Shown in pieces: positions 1 through 11,884 of a stretch of DNA of 64,000 nucleotides. Each line of letters starts with the position of its first letter. The first letter of the stretch is position 1. The notes beneath the pieces were generated by a model. It saw only the letters and a program-made list of their open reading frames with translations. It ran no database searches and was not told the origin of the DNA. Source of the DNA: Rotaria socialis (lineage: Eukaryota). Where the stretch lies: assembly GCA_905331295.1 (NCBI GenBank), contig CAJNYD010000005.1, positions 186,001 to 250,000 of the forward strand, in the 5' to 3' direction. The translations under genes and the position numbers were made by a program.

Positions 1-1009
1 GAGGAAGTGCAAAGGTAATACGTGATGCTGTTTTAATTTTAACAGCTACAAATAGATAAAAGAAAAGAATGTAAAAGAATAGATTTAATTTTATGTAGTT
101 AAAAACAAAATGCATGTACGTGAACTTGTTTGAGTTGGTACAGCGAAGACATCTTCATTTTCAGTGTTTGGCCGTGTAAGAATTGGTGATGGCAATGACG
201 GTAGTACTTGTTGATACGAACGAAGACTTTGAATTTTTTCACCAATTTTTCTATTGTGTTCATTGAGTTTTTTATAATTTTGTCGAATTCCTGAAAATAC
301 AAAAATTCAAAAAAAATAAATAATAAATAAATAATTATTCTTCTACCTGGTCCTTCAATATATAATTTTGATTGTTCAATAAGACGTGTTTCTTCATTTT
401 CTTCATCAGCAGTCGTACAGCCATCGGAACTTCCAGCAGAAGATTTACCTTATATAAAATTGAACGATGAATTCAAAATAAAACCACGAAATTAATTTTA
501 CCAATAGTTGTTTTTGTAGTTTTTTTATTATTTAGAGCAGTAGTTCGTCGAAGTTTTTTCGAAATCGGTTCTTCTGATTGTTCTTGTCTTGAAATTGTTG
601 TTTTTCGTTTGTTTGTAGTTGATTTATTTGTTTTTTTAAACTCTTCATCATTTTCTGTTTCATCATCATCATCTTCTTGATTCAAAACGGTTCTTCGATG
701 CTTCGGTCGACTTTTAGTACTTTTATTTGTTGATATCGATTTTTTATCATTTTGTTTATCTTTTTTATTCATATTTTTTGTTAAATTCAGTAGTTGCATA
801 TCTTCATAGGTTTGATTTTTTTCTTTAAAAATTTGTTGAAAAGCTAAATTATTTGCTGATCGATTTGATGCTATTGCCGATTGTATTGCCGGTGAACGAC
901 GAAGAGGTGTACTGGTTAAAAGCATCGTATCAATTAACGATGGACGTGATAAATTATTATTAGTGATTGTTGATCCCAAAGGTTTTTTCCTCATGGACGA
1001 TGATGGCAT
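1..1009 (-). CDS. Multi-exon gene of unknown function, low-complexity K/T/N/S-rich N-terminus with basic clusters (3' end runs off the window)
   Basis: ORF 473..1009 continues through GT-AG introns into GKSSAGSSDGCTTADEENEETRLIEQSKLYIEGP (~347-450), IRQNYKKLNEHNRKIGEKIQSLRSYQQVLPSLPSP... (~119-292) and VKIKTASRITFALP (<45). No domain recognised. Confidence 0.65.
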
Positions 1010-1318
1010 TATTTACACGAAAAGAACTTTTTCTTCTTCAGATAACTTCAATATGTACAACAAAAAAGAAAAGAAAAGAAAAGATATATACAAGAAGAAG
1101 AAGAAGAAGAAAATAAACAACAATATTTAATGGATAATTTAAATAGCCAATAAGAAAAGAAAAACAGAGTGCAGTACATCCTATTCGGTATTAATCCTGA
1201 AGGTTTATTTTCTCTGCCATCGCAATAGTTGACATATTTTCCTGTGCAACTGACTTCACACCCTTCTTTGCTTATGCGTTTTTTTTCTCAATGGATTTAA
1301 TACTGTTTTAATTTACTG

Positions 1319-2180
1319 ATGGGAAACAAGCCTGCAACTAAACTTCAACCATCCGACTGGGATTACTTGCATCAATGGACAAAATTTTCTGATGCAGAAA
1401 TTCGTAATATAAAATCTAACAATAAAATCAAAATTATTATTTTATTATTTTGTTTTAGAAGAATGGTTTAAATGTTTTCATAAAGATTGTCCAACTGGAC
1501 AATTAACTCTTGAAGAATTTAAAAGCATTTATGCACAATTTTTCCCTGCTGGTGATTCTTCAACGTTTGCTGAACATGTTTTTAGATGTTTTGATATTAA
1601 TCGTGATAAAAAAATATCATTTTGCGATTTTCTTTCTGGATTAAGTATAACAGCTAAAGGAGATGATAAACAAAAACTTGCTTGGACATTTAATCTTTAT
1701 GATACGGATGGCGATGGATATATATCAAGACAGGAAATGCTTATAATAGTTGATGTAAGTTTTTACAAAAATATAAGTTGCATCACTTGTAAAAATAATT
1801 TTCTTGCAATTTCTAGTCAATTTATAAAATGATCGGTCCAGTGATGCAATTACCTGAAGATGAATCGACACCCGAGAAAAGAACAAATAAAGTGAAACTA
1901 AAGTTTATCATTAAAAAGTAAAATTGATGAATTTTTCTTTTAGATTTTCAGTACCTATGATATTAATCGTAATGGGAAATTATCATATGATGAATTTATT
2001 AATGGTAAATCGTTGTTTTTTTATATCATAATTAATATATATATATTGAAATTTGCAGGAGCCTTATCTGATCCGTCCATTCTTCATTTATTAAATATTG
2101 ATAAAATTCAAACAGTGACAACAGATCCTGTTCGTTCATCAGCAAATGTTCATTCATCAATGACTCGACTTCATACTTGA
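1319..2180 (+). CDS. Neuronal calcium sensor family EF-hand protein (neurocalcin/frequenin-like), 5 exons
   Basis: Spliced translation MGNKPATKL...[45 protein letters not shown]...[23 protein letters not shown]...[35 protein letters not shown]...; N-terminal MG, CPxG in EF1 and the [10 protein letters not shown] linker are NCS hallmarks. TGA at 2178-2180. Missed by the ORF track. Confidence 0.93.
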
Positions 2181-2331
2181 ATATTTGAAATTATTATTTT
2201 ATTATTTTATTGTCTTCTAATTCTTCAAAAATACATTCCGCACACACAAAAAAAACTCACAAACAAACAAACAATAAAAAGAACTTTTTTTTGTCAAATA
2301 TAGAAAACAAATGAAATAAATATTTATTTGA

Positions 2332-2649
2332 TTAGAGCAAACCGCCTTGCCCCACTAATGTCACTGTATTTCCGGAAAAAATACCGTATCTTGCTAGTGG
2401 ACGATCATCTGATGATGATTGATGATGATGAAGGCGTTGACCACGGTAATATATCAATTGATCAGCCATTGGTAAACGAAATGTACTTTCCAATGCTTTT
2501 CCAAGATCAATACAGCTTGGTTCTTTTTCCGTTTTCAATACAATATCTTGAACATCACCGCCATAATGTACTTGTAATTTTGTATATATATGATTGCCAA
2601 TCGCTCTTGTTGGGGGTAATGGAGTTTGGCGAATTATTTGGTCGTTCAT
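2332..2649 (-). CDS. Small single-exon ubiquitin-like (beta-grasp) protein, 105 aa
   Basis: LQVHYGG..DIVL...DLGKALESTFRLPMADQLIYYRGQRL...RPLARYGIFSGNTVTLVGQGGLL matches the ubiquitin/BAG1-Ubl pattern (QxLIyxGxxL, LxxYGI, terminal strand). Confidence 0.8.
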   Translation of the reverse strand: MNDQIIRQTPLPPTRAIGNHIYTKLQVHYGGDVQDIVLKTEKEPSCIDLGKALESTFRLPMADQLIYYRGQRLHHHQSSSDDRPLARYGIFSGNTVTLVGQGGLL

Positions 2650-3280
2650 GTTCGTTTAAGACTTTTTTCTAAATTAAATATAAATATTATTGAAAATATT
2701 TTCTTTACAATTGAAAAGAAATTTTGAAACGCTACGAAGTCTTATTTTTTTACAGAGAATAAATTCTAGTTGAACTCCACATAAGAATATTGAGTTAAGT
2801 TGAAGAAGAATTTATTTAAAAGGATTATTATGAAGTGTAATCTATAACTATTTTTACAGTCATAAGCATTTCTCGTTATTTATTTCTACTCAAGTTTCAA
2901 AACTTACCACGACAATAGTGAGAATTTAGCTTGACTACCGCTCACAAAAGTAACTTAAAGATTTTTTTCTTTTTTTTTCTTTCCTGTTCATGGTTGTTTG
3001 TCTGTTGTCACAGCAAATTTATTTCGTTTCATTCGGTTCTCTCATTTATTCTTCAACAACTTTTCTTCTTGCAATTTACACACATTCATATACATATATA
3101 TATATATATATATTTACTAATACAATAGTCGAAAAGAATAAAGAACAAAACATACTCTCATCAAAGAAAGAATCACACACACACACACACAAACCACACA
3201 AAAGAACATAGAACAACATTAATGTCAAAATCATCGAATATATCACATAATTAAACAAATTTGAATGGCTTCTTTCTTTT

Positions 3281-6200
3281 TCATTCAACGGTAATAAGAT
3301 AAGGACTTCCCGGCACATGTTGCATATTTGATCCATAAAGAATAACTAACATATATTGACCACGTATTCGAACTCTATAAGACACTTTGTAAACGTAAGT
3401 AAAAGACGCTGACGTTATACGTTTAACAACAAGACGTTCATATGATCCAAGCGAAGAATAAAGACCAACTAAAAGTAATCCAGGACCTTAATCATAAATA
3501 TAGAAAATTCAAATAAATAAAATCGGATTCTTTTCTTTTAATTGAGACCTGCTTGAGTAGCATCAATTTGAAATGTTGCTTTTCTTCGTGGTTTCGTTTC
3601 ATAGAGGCCTGTTCCAAAAACACATACTTGTGATGCATCACCAGTCATTGACGAACGAAGAATATCAAGATCAACATGAGTTAGTGACCGTGTTGATGAA
3701 CGAATCGGATTTAAAATTGACTGAACAGGCATTAAGGAATTACAACTTGTTGTTGCTTGCGTTGTAGTACATGTTGTTGCCTCACTCCCTACATCATTTT
3801 CTTTTTCACGCATTCTTGATGAAACTGTACAATTTTCATTGAGTTTATCTGAAAAATATTAACAATTCAAATAAGGAACTTTTTGTCATTAGAAAGAATA
3901 AACTAACCAAAAACACGACATATAAATGGACTGCCTTGAATATGTTTTTCACCGTTTTTTATTGTGATAATATATTTACCAGTTCGCATTGGTTTATAAT
4001 GAAACTAAAATAAGAGAAAAAAAGATTTCTTCATGAATAAACGAAGACAATAGGACAGTTACTTCATAACCATGCTCAGTTTCATTTGCATCAAGAAAAA
4101 CAGTTGATGGACCGGTGATACCAACAGTAAAACTTCCTACCCCTGTTGATCGATCATTTGGTAATTTTGATACGAAAAATTGACTTGATTCACCTACAGG
4201 TAAAGTACATAGATTTTCTGTTCTATCTATTCTTTCCATTCTTTTTGTTTAGCTAAAGAATGAGAAATAATCAAGTGCTACGAGTAGGATTATAACCGTA
4301 TATTTATTCATATATTTCATGAACTCAATTTGAAATTAAGAGAAAAATAGTCGATGAAGATGACTAGGAAACATTTGAATAATAGAATATGTGGGAAGAT
4401 TCCACTGGATTTCTAGTTCAATGTCATAGCCACTCGGCCATCGCAGCAGTGATTACCTGTATAAGCGTGAAATAAACCTGGCCCACTGACAGTTATTGAT
4501 TTTGTAGAAGAAGAAGATGGTCGCACAATCAATCGATGTGGATTATCATATATTGGCGTATGATCAAGACTAACATTAAGCCAATGGTTTCCACATGTAT
4601 TTGGCACAAAATATATTTCATAACATTCTATAGATAAATCAATATGAAATCAATCATTTAAAACAAAGTATGCCTGTATAAATCTAACAAAAAAAGACTT
4701 TTGTTAAATGATTATTCGAAGTATATGACATCTAGAATAACATGGATCATTGTACTCAACACAAAAAGATAGTGTGTTGTTTTGTTTTTGAATCTTTAAT
4801 TGTCATGTGTCGCCATGAAAAAAATCATTTACCATGATTTTTTACTTTTTAATTATCGATAAAATACAAATATAAGTTTTAAAAACCTTTTAGCACCAAA
4901 AACTGCATTCTTGTAGACATTCATCAAATTTAAAATAATTTCTTAGACCATCTAATTGATTATAAGTTTTCTATAATGTTTTGCATTAGATAATATTTAT
5001 AGTGTTAAAAATACCATTGATAAAATTATCTGTATTTTGTAGTTTGAAAAATTAGAAGTGTTATGATAGTGAGAAAATACTATACTAGTTTTTGCCAAAG
5101 TGTACCAACGATCATAACGATCATTTCTTTATCATATAGCAAAGATGATTGCAGCATATTTATCTTTCGGGAAAACTATCTATAAATTATGTTACATTGA
5201 TTTTGTTCATTTTATATCCTCGGATGAAAACTATGTAATAGAAGGTTCAGTAGGGCAAAAGAACAATTGAGCTCAGTGACGAATCGCCCGTAACGATTCA
5301 GTTTTCGTGAAAGAAACAAACTTCTTTTCAAGATATTAAATAAATAAAATGGACAGCCGAGGTAAAATAATTATTAGTTAGAGACAGAACTTTATTTCTA
5401 TCGAATATTTGAATGATAAAAACATTGAAAACAAATTGTAATTAAAAATAACTCTTATCTTTATCGGCTATTGTCGAAAAATAATTTCAACTAAGCGGGA
5501 GATTTATCGATTGAACAAAATATAACTATCATTAAGATTAATGTCGACTCATTATCGGTAACAATAAGTCAGTAGTTGACGTAAATGACTCAATAGAATC
5601 ATTTTTGTTTGTTGATTAAAAGGGAACCGAAAAATCTAGCGGAAAAATAATAAATGTTGCTTTCTTTTTATAAACTAACTAAATTTTATTGAATATGTTG
5701 GTCATACAAAATCTAGTTTCTCCACAATATTATTTGTGTACCTGATTTTGCTGATTTATGAACCGTAATTGGTAGATTAATATTTTTTTGTGGTGCTTGA
5801 ATATAAGCTTGAAAAATAGCACATGGTATAGCAGGTCGAACAGTAACTATACATGACGTATTCACCTAAGATTCACATTAACAAACCTATAAAATAACTA
5901 TTAAAATAAAAAATATTAACATACATGAAATTCAATGGGTTCAATAGTAGCATGAGGTGGACCTACGCGAGGTAGAAGAGCAGGTGGAACGACTTGTTCT
6001 AGTAAAGGTTGATGACACAGACGTAGATGATATGGTGAACTATCGACTTGTTCACCATCGTATGTTATCGATATATGATAGTTACCTAAATGTGAAATTA
6101 GATTGCTGGTAGGAAAAGTTCTTTGATTGATTTTTTTCTACCAGATATTAAACATGTATAAAATACTCGATACACATCGATGTTAATAACTTCAATTTGA

Positions 6201-7161
6201 ATATCAGCTTTTGATGGGCCATCAATAGCAATTACAAGTTTTTGTAATTCGACATTGGGTGCATCCAAATCAAAATGACCTAGAATTTTCAAATAGCTTT
6301 TTAAATGTCTAATAGAATAATGTCAATACGAACAATTATCATGAACAAAGCCATCTGATAATCCGGGGCCATGAGCACGAATCATAGGTCGTTGTTCTCT
6401 ACTTGCTACTGGATCATCACAAAGAAATGATGGTGGCGGTTGAGGAAATACGTATTCGTGCTTCTCATTATTGTTTATTTGATTTTTTGAACAAGATTGG
6501 TCAACAAAAGATGATGCTCTTTTTATCATTGATGATCTATACGGTGAATCTAGAAAAGAAATATTTCTTATAGAGAAAAGAGAATTTCAATCAATATATA
6601 CCGTTTAATTTTGATATTGGTGCATTTTCTTTTGCTTTGAGTAAACCTGAAGGATATAAAAAACGTAAGAAAATATGAAAAAAAAGAATAGTGTGTCTCA
6701 TTCTTACTATTCAGACGTCGTAATGGATTAGAAAAACTAAACGAAGGTCGTGTATATATGGATGCTTTAGATGTTTGATGACGTTCATTGAAGCTGGCTG
6801 TCGTACGTTTTGCTGTACGTTTTATTACTTTATTTAATGAAATTGATTGCTGTTCACCGCTGCCATAGTACATTTCGTCTCTTACATCGTCAGTGATTGA
6901 TGCTGGTAAGTCAATATCATCAACATGTACGATATACAATAATGTTTCAATATAAACTATATAAACAAATATTTATTACTACAAAACTACGACGTTATGC
7001 TTACTATTGTTTTCATCTTCTGCACTATCAGTACTTTTATTACTTAGACATTCAATTGATTGTAGCAATTTATTATTTTGTGTATATGAATTATCACCAT
7101 CATTATTTTCATTAATATTATTGTATAAAATCGATGAAACTCGGCGAATTTTCGGCAACAT
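3281..7161 (-). CDS. Short filamin-like protein with about 4 filamin Ig repeats (multi-exon; start codon uncertain)
   Basis: Exons encode RAHGPGL...IDGPSKADI...YRVFY...GEQVDSSPY; YFVPNTCGNHWLNVSLDHTPIYDNP; VSGPGL...GITGPS...YKPMRTGKYIITIKNGEKHIQGSPF; DASQVCVFGTGL...FQIDATQAGPG...HVPGSPYLITVE* (stop 3281-3283). Confidence 0.85.
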
Positions 7162-7808
7162 TGTGTCAATGAACACTAAGTATAAAATCGTGAAAGGGAT
7201 TCTTGATCTAAAATTAAGAACATGGCAGAGACATTACATACAACTTTAGTATTGAAACAAAGTTATAGTCATTTTAAAAAACAAAGCTTACTATTGTTGA
7301 GAAGATTTTTATGAAACCAATCTATATCGGTATAATACAAAAATCTCTATTTCATATATAGTGAATCTTGAAATACAACGAAATTCAGGTTTTCGTGCTA
7401 ATTGGACTTCAGTAGATATTGTTTTGTATTAATCGATAGCATGATTGTGAGAACATTCTCTTTTTCTCAAATATTTTTCAAAGAAAGAAAAATGAAGAAG
7501 TAGAATTTTAAACCCAAATATCGAACATCTAGATTTCTATAGAGGTCGTCATCATACACGTGTCACACTATAAACTTCTTATCTCGAATGAAATCTCTTT
7601 AAAAGTATATGTCAAATTTTGTTTTTCTCAGAAATTCTATTCTTTTAAGAATATTCATTGAAATTTTAATTTCATTGTTTGTTATAGTTGATAATAGAGG
7701 TTGTTGCTATCACGTTTACATGTCCGATGAGAGACAAATGCGACGGTACAGAATCATCTAGTAAACTAGACGGAAAAAAAGAAAATTTCCAACATTTATC
7801 TATACTAA

Positions 7809-9127
7809 ATGGCTTCGAACAATGATAGTTGGATTGCTGAAACTGTTGGAGATTTTATTCATTCTCCAATTTGGGGAGCTCCCATTAATACATTTATAGA
7901 AGCAAATTGTGCTAGTTTTGATTATGATGATGATGATACTACAGAAGACGATGATACAACACCATCTTCATATGTAGAAGAACAAACTAGTATTCATCTA
8001 AAATATCAACGCCTTGTTGATTCATTGATCGAAAGTCTTGGTAAAGATCTTGATTTAGATCAAAACGAATTAAAACAAGTTTGCCAATTGCCAACAAATA
8101 GTGATGAATCTGTTATAATTGATGAGCCATTTGAGCAACTTTATGCTGCAAGAGATTTTTCATTGTTTCAAGAAATGATGAGAAGAAAAAATTTGATTCT
8201 TCAATTACAAGCACTTGTTACTTTACAATTACAATGGGGTTTATTAAAGCAAAGTGATACTGGAGATGATCTTGTTCTGTCACTTTTATTACAAGCTACA
8301 TCGTCATCATCAAGACATGGATCAATTAATATACCACCAGAATCAATCCAAAAACGAGAATTACCCTCAAGACAAGATAAACATCAGCACAATGATAGTG
8401 ATGGTGACGACAACAACAACAACAACAACGACGATGATGACGACGACGATGGTGATGTTGTTGTCGTTGTAAAACCAAAACAATCATCATTATCACTGCC
8501 ACCACAACAGAAAAAAGAACCAAGTCAACCAAAAAAAGTATCCAAGGAAGAATATCGTTTACCTGATCTGCGAGGTAAAAGTGGTCCAGAACTCGATTCC
8601 AAATGGCATAGGGATCTTCAAAGCACAAATCGAAAAGTTAGATTCTCTAATATTTTCAATTAAATTTTCCTTCTTTTTAATATTCGTTTGTCTACTAATA
8701 GAAAGATGACAATGACGATTCAAAAGAAAATGATCCATCAAAAAAAACATCTACACCACAAACCATTGGTGCTGTTTCTGAAGAAGTACTTCGTGAAAAA
8801 TTACGCGAATTGACTGTTCGTACAACATCATCCACAAATGATGAAGCAACTGCTGCCATAAAATCGCGTCAAAATTTTCTTCAACAACAACGTGAATTAA
8901 TTGTAAATAAACAACGTGTCGAGCGTGCACGAGATTTAGAACAACAAACACCTAATGCTCGACCTCAGTCAGCTGCGCACGTGGCACGCAAAGCTATGGC
9001 CACAACGAATATACCAACAAATGAAAATAAGTCGACACAAGAATCAACACAAATACCCGACGACGAATTAAACAAACGAAGAGCAATGATTGCTAAACTT
9101 AAACGTGAAGTTGTAGACAAACGATGA
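7809..9127 (+). CDS. CFAP36: Cilia- and flagella-associated protein 36 (BART/ARL-binding domain), 2 exons
   Basis: WIAETVGDFIHSPIWGAPINTFIEANCASF...IHLKYQRLVDSLIE...FEQLYAARDFSLFQEMMRRKNLILQLQAL and C-terminal RQNFLQQQRELIV...ELNKRRAMIAKLKREVV. Intron about 8637-8701. Confidence 0.85.
8400..8460 (+). repeat. Trinucleotide (AAC)n/(GAY)n repeat encoding poly-Asn/poly-Asp inside CFAP36
   Basis: gacaacaacaacaacaacaacgacgatgatgacgacgacgat is visible directly. Confidence 0.85.
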
Positions 9128-10429
9128 GTATTGTTTTACATACGTCATTGGTCTCTTTTATTATCGCTAATAGTTATTCATTTACAAATTTTCTTGTCTT
9201 TTCTTTTCTGTGCTTTTTCAAAAATCGTGCAAAATGGAAGTTGGACATCAAAGTATATCCAAATGAAATGCATTTGAGTTTTATCTAAAGCTATTATTTA
9301 TATTCTTGAAATTGTAATATTAAATTTTGATTCCAATAATAAAACCAATTATTTCATAGATAGCATTGAAGTCAATGATGAAGGCACAGCAGAAACAGAG
9401 GAAAGGCAAATTATTATCGATTGGTTTTTTCGAAAGTAATCAAATTCTATTTCTAAAATCGATCCGATAGCATGCTTGCGTATCTTTGTGATTCTTTGTA
9501 GTATTTTTAAAAGGTTTCATGAACCAATAACTTTTAGAAAACAAAAAGGATGCACCAGAAAGCAAAAATCCAAATGGTGATACCATTATGAGAATATGCT
9601 TGAGATATTTTTAGTGGCGCATATGTATAAACTTCGACGAAAAATTGTATGTCACAGCTATTTTTCTTTTTCTTAATTTACTTATCAAGCGCTACGTTTT
9701 GGTACGTGCGTAAAAAATATATTCACTATGGATAAGAGTATCGTTGAAAATAAAATTATGTACACGTCGGTAATTGATTAAACATTTTTCAAAACGGTGT
9801 CATTAAAAGATTTGATAGTATGTTGCTAGAAAAGCTTCAAAATCTGTACATAAATGCTTCAATTTTCTTACTTCAAGTTGAAATTACAATTCGGTGTTGG
9901 TTTTTTTTATCTAGATTGCCGAGTACTTGAGATTTTGTGCATTTCTAAAATAATTGTCAATGTGCGTGCAAGTAATAATCAATGATCTTTTTTGAAACAG
10001 TAGTTTCTACTCGCTTTTAGCGAGTCGATAGGAAGCTCTATTTAAGATTGAAATCTCATGTTAACAATGATAATTGGCATCTTTAAGTGAATTTTTCCTT
10101 TTGTTTTTTTGGAAAATTTGAATTCTTATGCGCAAACGGGTATGAGCAATACTATGAAAAACGTTTCTGCAATAGTTTTCTTCATAATAACATGACGACA
10201 GCAAGTATCAGATGGCTATGCTATTTAACCTGTTGGCACATGAAATAATTACTAAATATTAATTATTCTAAATTATTTTTGCTTTAACTATACCATGAGC
10301 AAGTATGAATTGAATTCATTTGAAACATTCTACAAAATGGCAGATAAGATATTTTTAGATAGCTAGTGATAATATTCAGCCTATATTTATAATTAGCTAT
10401 TGTTGTTGAATTTTAATCATGTTTCTTTT

Positions 10430-11884
10430 CTAATTTACAATCGATTTATGATAACTATTTATTTTTGTTCTTAAACGATTGATGAACGATGTACGATGAA
10501 ATGTTTCAACATGACTCATCTTTGTTTTAACAATATTCAATTCTTGTATTAAATTTTGATAGATAATAATCAACAGTGGACATGCAACAAGTGTCATAAT
10601 AATGATCATAATAAAAGACAAAATTGATTGTTCTACTGTATCACCATATCCAACATTTAATAATATATGATAAACGAAATATATATAACGTGATGGAGCT
10701 AGAGATGTACGATGATCAATTGAATAATTTGTCATGGCACTTGCATCGGTTACATAGAGTATAATACCTATCCAAATACACATGAATATTACAGTAGCTA
10801 AGAACAGAAGAAAATGAGAGAAAACACGAAATGACGAACGACCACTATAACAAAGAAGATCAATCAAGTGATACATATCTCTTAAGCATAAACGTATAAG
10901 AAGTAAATGACGAAAAGCAAGTGCCATAATGAAGTACCATGTGCCTACAAGAAGTACATGAGAATTGTTCTGTGATTCAACGCTACTTATAAGTTGCCTT
11001 TACCTGTATGTTTATACGACAGTAAACTGATGATAAAAGATAGAGAAATAAAAGTAATTTGCATAAAAAAACTAAAACTTTGACATGAAGCCATTATGAC
11101 ATGTTGTTTGTTGAATGATATATTTGCTCGGATTGAACTTAATTCTTTGTTATGTTTACTGTGCATATCAAATTGGATTTTTAATAATATTTTATCAGAA
11201 TATTGTTCATAGAACAAGGTCCATAGTAGAATTACGCTAATAAAAATATCTACAACAAGTAGACTTATGAAACGCTCACGACACCGCCATAACATTAATT
11301 CACAAATGCCCATAGCGCAAGAAACACATGATATACAATCGACTATACATTGACAAAGACATTTTTGGATCAATAAACGAGAAAAAAGAAAGATAATCAA
11401 AGAAGATTGTGTGCAATGTTCAAATATATTATTTAAAATATCATCTATCTACAATAAGAGAATGCATGCGTATTTTTACGTTGTTTTCTTTATAAAAACA
11501 ATACTTGATAATATTCTAGAAGGTTATAAAAAGCCAATTCATTTTGAAAACTTTTTTCGGATAGTAAAATCATCGATGGACGTTTTATTCTTTCCCATGA
11601 CTGAAATTTTGTGTAGAATGGTAAAATAATACGTTCAAATATGTGTACATCACGAGAGAAAAAATAAGCATGTAGACTGGGTCGCCAATATTCTTGAAGA
11701 CGAATATTATCTGCTAAAAGAGAATTTGGATATCGAGCAAGATCATTGATACGAATCTTTTTCAAGAAAAACAATCGTCAGAAAGATGAAACGAGAAACA
11801 ATCACACACTTGAAATGATTTGCCAAGAACATTGAATGATCGGTGTTCCCCATTCTCGTTGCTGTTGTCTGCTCTACTATGCAT
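10430..11884 (-). CDS. Divergent voltage-gated K+ channel-like subunit (T1/BTB + TM segments + GYGD pore), 4 exons
   Basis: MHSRADN...RSFNVLGKSFQ|IRINDLARYPNSLLAD...YFFSRDVHIFERIILPFY (T1 domain); hydrophobic helices; pore RYIYFVYHILLNVGYGD at 10640-10657. GT-AG introns join ORFs 11490-11774, 10987-11400 and 10430-10927 in frame. Confidence 0.8.

Noticed and set aside
2328..2672. 114-aa plus-strand ORF
   Set aside because: Antisense shadow of the ubiquitin-like gene, with no motif of its own.
2931..3336. Three short ORFs over (TA)n/(CA)n microsatellites
   Set aside because: Low-complexity 3'-UTR/intergenic sequence of the filamin-like gene.
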